This document shows, one piece after another, positions 57,875 through 64,000 of a stretch of DNA of 64,000 nucleotides (position 1 is its first letter; each line of letters opens with the position of its first letter). This DNA comes from Alphaproteobacteria bacterium. Its GTDB lineage: Bacteria; Pseudomonadota; Alphaproteobacteria; GCA-2731375. Both the position numbers and the translations under genes were made by a program. A model generated the notes under the pieces. That model made no database searches. It was given only the letters and a program-made list of their open reading frames with translations, and was not told where the DNA came from. The stretch is from contig JAVKFY010000053.1 of NCBI GenBank assembly GCA_040223615.1, positions 395 to 64,394 on the forward strand. The letters are read 5' to 3'.

Positions 57875-58680
57875 TGCCCGCGCTCCTGCAATACGCGTTT
57901 CAGCAGTTTGGTCTCGTCGCTGACGATGCCGTCGACGCCGACGTCGAGCAAGCGACGCATGCTCGCCTCGTCGTTGATCGTCCAGACGTGGACCTTCAGG
58001 CCCCGCGCGTGCGCCGCGCGCACGAAGGCGCGGTCGGGCAGATGGATGCCGTAGCCCTTCTCCGGCACCTGCGCGCAGTTCGCCGCGAACCGGCCGGTCG
58101 GCAGGCCCCAGCTCGCGAAGCGCAGCCGCGCCACGTCCCACGGCCCCATCGACGTACACAGGCCCGGCCCCAGCGCCGCGCGCAGCCGTCCAAGACGGGC
58201 GCCGGAAAACGAGCCGATGCAGATCCGATCAAGCGCGTCCGCCCGTTGCAGCGCCTCGATCAGCGGGCCTTCGGCATTGTCCGCCTTGGGGTCGATATTG
58301 AGCCGCAGGTCGGGCCAGGCATTGAGCAACTCGTCGAAAGTCGGAATCGGATGGGTGCCGTCGACTCGCGCCAGCTTCACCTCCGCGTAGGGCAGCTCGG
58401 CGATCACCCCGACGCGGTCGGTGACCCGGTCCAGCTTGTCGTCATGAAACGCCAGCAGCACGCCGTCGGCGGTCGCGTGCACGTCGGTCTCGACGTAGCG
58501 ATAGCCCAGCTCCACGGCATGCGCGAACGCCGCCATGGTGTTCTCCGGCGCCCCGTCCATGCCGCCCCGATGCGCCAGCGCGATCGGGAACTCACTTTGA
58601 AGATAGGGATGAATCTCTCCACCCCCTCTTCGCCCCTGGGGGCGGAGAGGGTTGGGGCGAGGTGGGGGACCGGCGGCCAT
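57865..58680 (-). CDS. Glycerophosphodiester phosphodiesterase family
   Basis: ...PIALAHRGG...PENTMAAF...ETDVHATADG... is the GDPD catalytic core. The only in-frame ATG upstream of HRGG is at 58680. The first ~20 codons (MAAGPPPRPNPLRPQGRRGGG) are encoded by a palindromic repeat copy. Confidence 0.7.
   Translation of the reverse strand: MAAGPPPRPNPLRPQGRRGGGEIHPYLQSEFPIALAHRGGMDGAPENTMAAFAHAVELGYRYVETDVHATADGVLLAFHDDKLDRVTDRVGVIAELPYAEVKLARVDGTHPIPTFDELLNAWPDLRLNIDPKADNAEGPLIEALQRADALDRICIGSFSGARLGRLRAALGPGLCTSMGPWDVARLRFASWGLPTGRFAANCAQVPEKGYGIHLPDRAFVRAAHARGLKVHVWTINDEASMRRLLDVGVDGIVSDETKLLKRVLQERGQWP
58614..58667. repeat. Left copy of ~45-bp inverted repeat (internal palindrome CCTCTTCGCCCC/GGGGCGGAGAGG)
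   Basis: Its reverse complement matches 58985-59035 with about 4 mismatches over 42 nt. Confidence 0.55.
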
Positions 58681-58964
58681 CACGACCGTGCAGCCTGACG
58701 GTTCTCGAGTTCGTCGATGATCACCATCACGACCGCCTCGATATTCTCGATCACGTCGTTGTTCCAAAACCGCATCGCACGCCAGCCCCGGTCTTCGAGG
58801 AACTGCGTGCGCTTGGTATCGGCCTCCACGCGACCGACCGGGTGCTGGCGTCGGAACTTCCAGTCCGTCATCGCCTCACCCAAGGCACGCCACAGGCGTC
58901 TTTCCGCGTAGGTCGCGTCCTTGCGGAGCGGGCGCGCATGGGCTGCGGGAGGTCTGGCTACCAT
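58680..58964 (-). CDS. DUF559 (Vsr-like endonuclease fold) domain protein, truncated (internal region missing)
   Basis: MVARPPAAHARPLRKDATYAERRLWRALG...KFRRQHPVGR...RTQFLEDRGWRAMRFWNNDVIENIEAVV matches the DUF559 ends. The central block found in family members (~...YIxDFxC...LxIExDGxxH...) is missing. The upstream part of track ORF 58680..59831 is Arg/Gly-rich shadow. Confidence 0.55.
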   Translation of the reverse strand: MVARPPAAHARPLRKDATYAERRLWRALGEAMTDWKFRRQHPVGRVEADTKRTQFLEDRGWRAMRFWNNDVIENIEAVVMVIIDELENRQAARS

Positions 58965-58984
58965 GAGCGTACGATCGCGGCCGT

Positions 58985-59035
58985 TCTCCCACCTCACCCC
59001 AACCCTCTCCGTCCCTAGGGGCGGAGAGGGAGCGG
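58985..59035. repeat. Right copy of ~45-bp inverted repeat (internal palindrome CCCTCTCCGTCCC/GGGGCGGAGAGGG)
   Basis: TCTCCCACCTCACCCCAACCCTCTCCGTCCCTAGGGGCGGAGAGGGAGCGG. It is the partner of 58614-58667 in inverted orientation. Confidence 0.55.
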
Positions 59036-60715
59036 TTAAGCCGAGCCGTGCCTTAGAACACGACCGGGCAACTTGCCGTCGGGAGCGATCTTGTCCTGGC
59101 CGTCGCGGCGCAGGACGGTTCCGTTCACCACCACGGCGGCGATGCCTTCGGCCTCGCTGACCAGGCGGTCGGCACCGGCCGGCAGGTCGTTGACCCGGCG
59201 CAGCGGGCCCGCCGCGATCGTCGCCGGGTCGAACACCACGATGTCGGCCGGCACGCCCTGTTTCAGCGTCCCCCGGTCGGTGATGCCCATCAGCGCGGCC
59301 GGCTCCGAGGTCAGGCGTTGCACCGCCCGCTCCAGGCCGAGCGTGCCCTTGTCGCGCACCCAGTGGCCCAGCAGGTGCGTCGAGTAGCAGGCATCGCAGA
59401 GCTGGCTGGCGTGCGCGCCGGCATCCGACAGCGACACGATGCAGTTCTCGTCGGCGATCAGCTCCGCCACTTCGTTCTCGTCGTTGTTCAGGATGCCGAA
59501 GCGGAAGCGTGCTTCCAGATCGCTCTCCAGCGACAGGTCCAGCGCCAGGTCGATGGCCGACTTGCCCTCGGCCTCGGCGACCTCGGTCAGCGGCCGCTCT
59601 TCCCAGTCGGCGTGGCCCGGGGCGATCGAGATCGTCGCCCGCTCCGCCCAGCCGGCCAGCGCGTTCTTCTGCCCCGGCTGCGTGTCCTCCTTGAAGGCAC
59701 GGCGGAACTCGGGATCGGCGTAGATCGCCCGCTTCTCCGCCGCGTTGGCTTTCAGGGTCGGCTTGAACAGCGGGCGGACCTCGAACGGGAACGGCTCGGC
59801 GAACTGGAAGTCGAAGTTGATCGGCCGGCAAGCGACCTGCGGCACGATATTTAGCCCCTCCGCGTGCTGCTTGGCGGCGCGGTCGAGGTAGCGCCGGTGC
59901 GAGCCCGGCCCGGTCATCCCGGCGAGCAGCGCGGTCCAGGTCACCGACACGTCGTGCTTGCGCGCCAGCTCCTCGAACTCGTCGTTCAGCAGCGTGCGGC
60001 CGATGGTGGCCTGCATCACGCCGCCCTTGCCGACGGCGCCGACCAGCGCGTCGATCTCCTCGAACTCGGCCAACCGGCTCGGCACCGGGTAGCCGTCGAA
60101 GCCGTTATGCGTGGCAGCATGCGACGTGGCGAAGCCCAGCGCGCCGGCCTGCATCGCCTCGCCGACCAGGTCGCGCATCTGCACGATCTCGTCGCCGCGC
60201 GCCGCGCGCTTCACCGCGTCCTCGCCCATCACGTAGAGCCGCAGCGGCGTGTGGCCGAACAGCACGCCGACATTGATTGCCGTACCGCCGCTCTCCAGCG
60301 TGTCGAGATATTCCGGGAAGCTCTCGAACGCCCAGTCCGAGCCCAGCCCGGCGCGCAGTGCGTCCAGGCTCATACCCTCGACCTTCTCCAGCGTGCGCGC
60401 GATCAGATCGCGGTGCGGCGGCCGCGTCGGCGCCACGCCGAAGCCGCAATTGCCGATCACCACGGTGGTCACGCCATGCCACGGCGAGATCGTCATCATC
60501 CGGTCCCAGATCACCTGGGCGTCGTAGTGCGTGTGGATGTCGACGAAGCCCGGCGCGACCACCTTGCCGGTAGCATCGATGGTCTCCGCCGCCTCGCCCT
60601 CGACCTTGCCGAGCGCGACGATCTTGCCGTCCTTGACCGCGACATCGCCGCGATAGCCGGGTTGGCCGCTGCCATCCACGATGGTGCCGCCGGTGATCTT
60701 CAGGTCATAGGTCAT
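59036..60715 (-). CDS. N-acyl-D-amino-acid deacylase family amidohydrolase (D-aminoacylase-like)
   Basis: MTYDLKITGGTIVDGSG...APGFVDIHTHYD... is the D-aminoacylase pattern. Length about 560 aa. Confidence 0.8.
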   Translation of the reverse strand: MTYDLKITGGTIVDGSGQPGYRGDVAVKDGKIVALGKVEGEAAETIDATGKVVAPGFVDIHTHYDAQVIWDRMMTISPWHGVTTVVIGNCGFGVAPTRPPHRDLIARTLEKVEGMSLDALRAGLGSDWAFESFPEYLDTLESGGTAINVGVLFGHTPLRLYVMGEDAVKRAARGDEIVQMRDLVGEAMQAGALGFATSHAATHNGFDGYPVPSRLAEFEEIDALVGAVGKGGVMQATIGRTLLNDEFEELARKHDVSVTWTALLAGMTGPGSHRRYLDRAAKQHAEGLNIVPQVACRPINFDFQFAEPFPFEVRPLFKPTLKANAAEKRAIYADPEFRRAFKEDTQPGQKNALAGWAERATISIAPGHADWEERPLTEVAEAEGKSAIDLALDLSLESDLEARFRFGILNNDENEVAELIADENCIVSLSDAGAHASQLCDACYSTHLLGHWVRDKGTLGLERAVQRLTSEPAALMGITDRGTLKQGVPADIVVFDPATIAAGPLRRVNDLPAGADRLVSEAEGIAAVVVNGTVLRRDGQDKIAPDGKLPGRVLRHGSA

Positions 60716-61815
60716 GGCAGGTTCAGCCCGTAAAGCTCGGCGCAATTGTCGCGCAGGATACGATTGCGGTCGTGTTCGCTCATGTCGGCGGTGTGCTCGG
60801 CCAACAGCGCCTGGCTGTGCGGCCAGGTCGCGTCGCTATGCGGAAAGTCGTTGGCCCACATCAGCCGCTCGACGTTCATGTGCTCGCGGAAGGTGAATGC
60901 CGTCCAGTCGTCCTGGAACGTCATGTAGACATTCTCCTTGAAGTACTCGCTCGGCAGTCGCTCAAGCTCATCGCATTTCATCCAGTAGCGATGGCGCTGG
61001 TAGGCGTGGTCCATGCGGTACATGAAGTGCGGTGCCCAGCCGGCATCGGCCTCGACGCAGACCAGCTTCAATTCCGGGTGACGCTGGAACACGCCGCCGA
61101 AGATGAACGTGCCGATGATGTCCTGGTTGCCGCGGATGATCGACTGGAAGCTGTTGATCTTCGGCCCGCGGTAGGTGCGCATCTCGTTCTTGCCGCTGGT
61201 CAGGATGTGGAAGCACAGCGGCATGCCCATCTCCACGACGGCGTCGTAGAACCGGTCGTAGTCCGGGTGGTGGTAGTCCTCGTGGCCCGGCACGCCGGCG
61301 AGCATCAGGCCCTTGAAGCCCATCTGCTTGGCCTTGCGGGCCTCCTCGATGCCGGACTCGGGCGTCGCCATGGCGATCTGCGGCATCCCGAACAGCCGGT
61401 TCGGCAACCCGTCGCAGAAGTCCTTGAGCCAGCGGTTGTAGGCATCGAAGCAGGCCTGCTTGTAGGCCATGTCGGGATGGTTCGCGAGCATCATGCCGAC
61501 CGACGGATAGATGATCTCCGCCGCGACGCCGTCGCGATCCTGTTCGGCGGCGCGGGCCTTGGAGTCCCAGCCGCCCGGATGCAGCTGGTCATAGCCGGTC
61601 CCCTTCATCGACAGCTCGGAAGGCTCCTTGCCGGCCGCCGCGACCAGCCCCATCGGGATGGCGACGTCGAGGCCGGGGATCTGATAGACCTCGCCGCGTT
61701 TCGGGTCGGTCACCAGGCGGGGCGCCGTGTCCCGGTAGGTCGGCTCGATGTAATCAACGTAGAGCGTCGGCGGCTCGGTGACGTGGCTGTCGGCCGAGAT
61801 CGGTCGCAGGTCCAT
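60712..61815 (-). CDS. Amidohydrolase-2 family (ACMSD-like TIM-barrel metal-dependent hydrolase/decarboxylase)
   Basis: ...ISADSHVTEPP... N-terminus (HxH-like metal site), ...CFHIL... and ...DFPHSD... in the C-terminus. ATGA overlap with the downstream gene. Confidence 0.8.
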   Translation of the reverse strand: MDLRPISADSHVTEPPTLYVDYIEPTYRDTAPRLVTDPKRGEVYQIPGLDVAIPMGLVAAAGKEPSELSMKGTGYDQLHPGGWDSKARAAEQDRDGVAAEIIYPSVGMMLANHPDMAYKQACFDAYNRWLKDFCDGLPNRLFGMPQIAMATPESGIEEARKAKQMGFKGLMLAGVPGHEDYHHPDYDRFYDAVVEMGMPLCFHILTSGKNEMRTYRGPKINSFQSIIRGNQDIIGTFIFGGVFQRHPELKLVCVEADAGWAPHFMYRMDHAYQRHRYWMKCDELERLPSEYFKENVYMTFQDDWTAFTFREHMNVERLMWANDFPHSDATWPHSQALLAEHTADMSEHDRNRILRDNCAELYGLNLP

Positions 61816-61837
61816 GGGCTGTGCTCCGGCTTGTGTA

Positions 61838-62629
61838 TCAGCGTCCGGCGAAAACCGGCGCGCGCTTCTCGGCGAAGGCCTTGGCGGCGTTCTTGTGGTC
61901 CTCGGTCTGGCTGCAGCGCGCGTGGTGCGCCGCCTCCAGGTCGAAGCACGCTGCCAGGCCCTGGGTCTCGGCCGCGTTCATGTTCTTCTTCATGTAGCCC
62001 AGCGCGATGCGTGGCCCGTTGGCGATTTTCCTCGCCACTTCCATGGTTTCCGCCTCCAGGGCATCGGCTGCGAACACCTGGTTGACGATGCCCAGCCCCT
62101 GCGCTTCCTCCGCCGTCAGCACGGCGGCGGTGTAGTACAGTTCGCGCGCCTTGGCGGTGCCGACCAGGTGGCTGAGGAAATAGCTGCCGCCGAAGTCGCC
62201 CGAGAAGCCCACATTGGCGAAGGCGGTGGTCATCTTGGCGCCGGCGGCCGCGTAGCGCAGGTCGCAGGCCAGCGCCATCGACAGCCCGGCGCCGGCGGCC
62301 GCGCCCGGCAGCATGGCGATGGTCGGCTTGCCCATCTCGTGCAGCCAGCGCGAGGTCTCCATGCCCTGGCGCAGGCGCTGAATACGCGGCTCCAGCCCCA
62401 GGTCGCCATCGTCGCGCTCGGCCATCGCCTTCACGTCGCCGCCGGCGCAGAAGGCGCTGCCGGCCCCGGTCAGCACCACGCAGCCGACCGAATTGTCATT
62501 CGCCAGCCGTGGCAGCGCCTCGGCCAGCGCCTCCATCATGTCGGCTGACATCGCATTGCGCCGCTCCGGACGGTTCATCGTCAGCACCGCGACGCCGTCG
62601 TCGACGCGTTCCAGCAGATCCTGGCTCAT
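61838..62629 (-). CDS. Enoyl-CoA hydratase/isomerase (crotonase) family
   Basis: ...VAVLTMNRPERRNAMS... and ...VVLTGAGSAFCAGGDVKAM... are the crotonase signatures. Confidence 0.85.
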   Translation of the reverse strand: MSQDLLERVDDGVAVLTMNRPERRNAMSADMMEALAEALPRLANDNSVGCVVLTGAGSAFCAGGDVKAMAERDDGDLGLEPRIQRLRQGMETSRWLHEMGKPTIAMLPGAAAGAGLSMALACDLRYAAAGAKMTTAFANVGFSGDFGGSYFLSHLVGTAKARELYYTAAVLTAEEAQGLGIVNQVFAADALEAETMEVARKIANGPRIALGYMKKNMNAAETQGLAACFDLEAAHHARCSQTEDHKNAAKAFAEKRAPVFAGR

Positions 62630-62685
62630 GGCTCATTTCCTCGCGCTAGACTGTTCGCCCAAAGTTAGCACGTGGGAGGGCGCAG

Positions 62686-63603
62686 ATGACGACATTCACC
62701 GAAGTCACGGCAGGGTTGCGTTTTCCGGAGGGTCCGATCGCGCTACCCGACGGCGACGTGCTGGTGGTCGAGATCGCCCGCGGCACGCTCAGCCGTGTGA
62801 AGCCGGACGGCACCATCGAGGTGGTGGCAGAGACCGGCGGCGGCCCGAACGGCGCCGCCATCGGCCCGGACGGTGCCTGCTACGTCTGCAACAACGGCGG
62901 CTATCCGTTCCACGAGCGCGATGGCCGGCTGTATCCCGACCTGCACGAGGGTTCCGCCGGGCGCATCGAACGCGTCGACCTGGCAACGGGACGGGTCGAC
63001 GTCCTCTACACCGCATGCGACGGCGAGCCGCTGCGCGCGCCCAACGACCTGGTGTTTGACGACCGGGGCGGCTTCTGGTTCACCGACCACGGCCACCGTC
63101 GGCGCCGATCCAAGGACCGCACCGGGGTGTATTACGCCGCCGCCGACGGCGACTTCATCCGCGAGGCCATCTTCCCGGTCGACGAGCCGAACGGCGTCGG
63201 CCTGTCGCCGGACGGCAAGACGCTCTATGTCGCCGAGACCTATTCCGGCCGCGTCTTCGCCTACGACATCGTCGGCAGGGGCGAGGTCGACCGCAAGCAG
63301 CGCGCGCTGCCCTGGATGGTCGGCCGATTGCTGTTCGGCTCGTCGAACCTGCAGATGTTCGACTCCCTGGCGGTGGAGGCCAACGGCAACATCTGTGTCG
63401 CCACCATCGGCCCCGGCGGCATCACCGTGATCGCCCCCGACGGCGTCCTTGTCGAGCACGTCGCGCTGCCCGACGTCATCACCACCAACATCTGCTTCGG
63501 CGGCCCCGACCTGAGAACCGCCTACATCACGCTCTCGTCGACCGGCCGCCTGGTGCGCATGGACTGGCCGCGGCCCGGACTGGCCCTGCATTACCCCAAC
63601 TAA
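62686..63603 (+). CDS. SMP-30/gluconolactonase/LRE-family protein
   Basis: ...GLRFPEGPIALPDGDVLVVEI... and ...PNDLVFDDRGGFWFTD...PNGVGLSPDGKTLYVAET... are six-bladed propeller lactonase motifs. Confidence 0.85.
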   Translation: MTTFTEVTAGLRFPEGPIALPDGDVLVVEIARGTLSRVKPDGTIEVVAETGGGPNGAAIGPDGACYVCNNGGYPFHERDGRLYPDLHEGSAGRIERVDLATGRVDVLYTACDGEPLRAPNDLVFDDRGGFWFTDHGHRRRRSKDRTGVYYAAADGDFIREAIFPVDEPNGVGLSPDGKTLYVAETYSGRVFAYDIVGRGEVDRKQRALPWMVGRLLFGSSNLQMFDSLAVEANGNICVATIGPGGITVIAPDGVLVEHVALPDVITTNICFGGPDLRTAYITLSSTGRLVRMDWPRPGLALHYPN

Positions 63604-63726
63604 TGACCCGATTTCCGATATTTCATGTAATATGATACTACAGGGTGTGATGGTTGTTAGGGGTGTCTTTCCCCCCGATCCCTAACTTGTCGCTGCGAAT
63701 TTGCGTCGAAGGATGACCGAGGCGAC

Positions 63727-64000
63727 ATGGCCGAGAACGACGACACGCTGGCTGCGGGCCTGACCGACAGCGCCGATCCGGCCGAAACGGGCGCCGACGC
63801 GGCCCCGACGATCGACCTAGAGGCGTTGCAGCCGACGGTGGTGCCGGTCACCGTCGGCGAGGTCGTCGACTTCTCCGCCATCGACCTGGAAACCGCGACG
63901 CTGGTGCCGCAGGGTTCAGACTTGCTGGTCATCCTTGCCGACGGCAGCGCGTTCCTGTTCCTCGACTTCATCGCCCTGGTTTCCGAAGGCGAGATCCCGA
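63727..64000 (+). CDS. Hypothetical protein, 3'-partial (possibly N-terminus of a large secreted/adhesin-like protein)
   Basis: ATG at 63727 follows an AT-rich tract. The N-terminus is acidic, Ala/Thr-rich and low-complexity. The ORF continues to the window end. Confidence 0.4.
   Translation, partial: MAENDDTLAAGLTDSADPAETGADAAPTIDLEALQPTVVPVTVGEVVDFSAIDLETATLVPQGSDLLVILADGSAFLFLDFIALVSEGEIP

Noticed and set aside
58662-59018. Plus-strand ORF 58662..59018 (118 aa) and the long minus-strand ORF 58680..59831 as real genes.
   Set aside because: Both are shadow frames of the DUF559 gene and the D-aminoacylase gene. Only the last 94 codons of the minus ORF have family signal.

Overview
This 64-kb window is high-GC proteobacterial chromosome, densely coding on both strands. 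I saw no transposase, integrase, CRISPR array or rRNA. The main content is an exosortase-A (XrtA/EpsH, PEP-CTERM-type) exopolysaccharide locus that appears to be split in two. Part A (about 9.0-20.1 kb) carries a sulfotransferase, a multi-TM GT-C/Wzy-like protein, a GT4, a Gfo/Idh/MocA-SDR fusion, cysNC, cysD and two more GT4 genes. Part B (about 29.4-44.4 kb) carries the exosortase-associated AsnB, an XrtA-EpsI fusion, a FemAB-like protein, a polysaccharide deacetylase, the EpsI-associated ATPase, an outer-membrane beta-barrel, a tyrosine autokinase, a chain-length determinant, a Wza-like export lipoprotein, two divergent CelD-like GNAT genes and a GT2. Between the two parts lie about 9 kb of apparently unrelated genes: two hypotheticals, a MetE-like methyltransferase, two tandem TauD dioxygenases, an MBL hydrolase, an amidohydrolase coupled to a CobW GTPase, and a DUF6445-like gene. 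The flanks hold ordinary catabolic and housekeeping genes: oligopeptidase B, two PEP-mutase/isocitrate-lyase-family paralogs around a LysR regulator, an FMN-dependent hydroxyacid dehydrogenase, two GSTs, an S9 peptidase, an MFS transporter, an acyl-CoA synthetase, a formamidase, HMG-CoA lyase, an IlvD/EDD-family dehydratase, amidohydrolases, a crotonase and an SMP-30 lactonase. The most notable observations are these: (1) A PAPS-synthesis module (cysD/cysNC) plus a sulfotransferase sits inside the exosortase EPS locus, suggesting a sulfated EPS. (2) A tRNA-like element with G3:U70 and canonical D and T arms but an aberrant anticodon arm lies at 8704-8782, at the edge of the EPS locus. (3) A candidate selenoprotein of the GrdB/PrdB family has an in-frame TGA followed by a UxxC motif at 46498-47715. 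(4) A truncated DUF559 ORF is bracketed by ~45-bp inverted repeats next to a GDPD gene whose N-terminus is built from one repeat copy. (5) A family of REP-like palindromes, including a 34-nt unit found twice, lies in intergenic regions. All functional calls come from reading the translations and motifs by eye; no database search was run.
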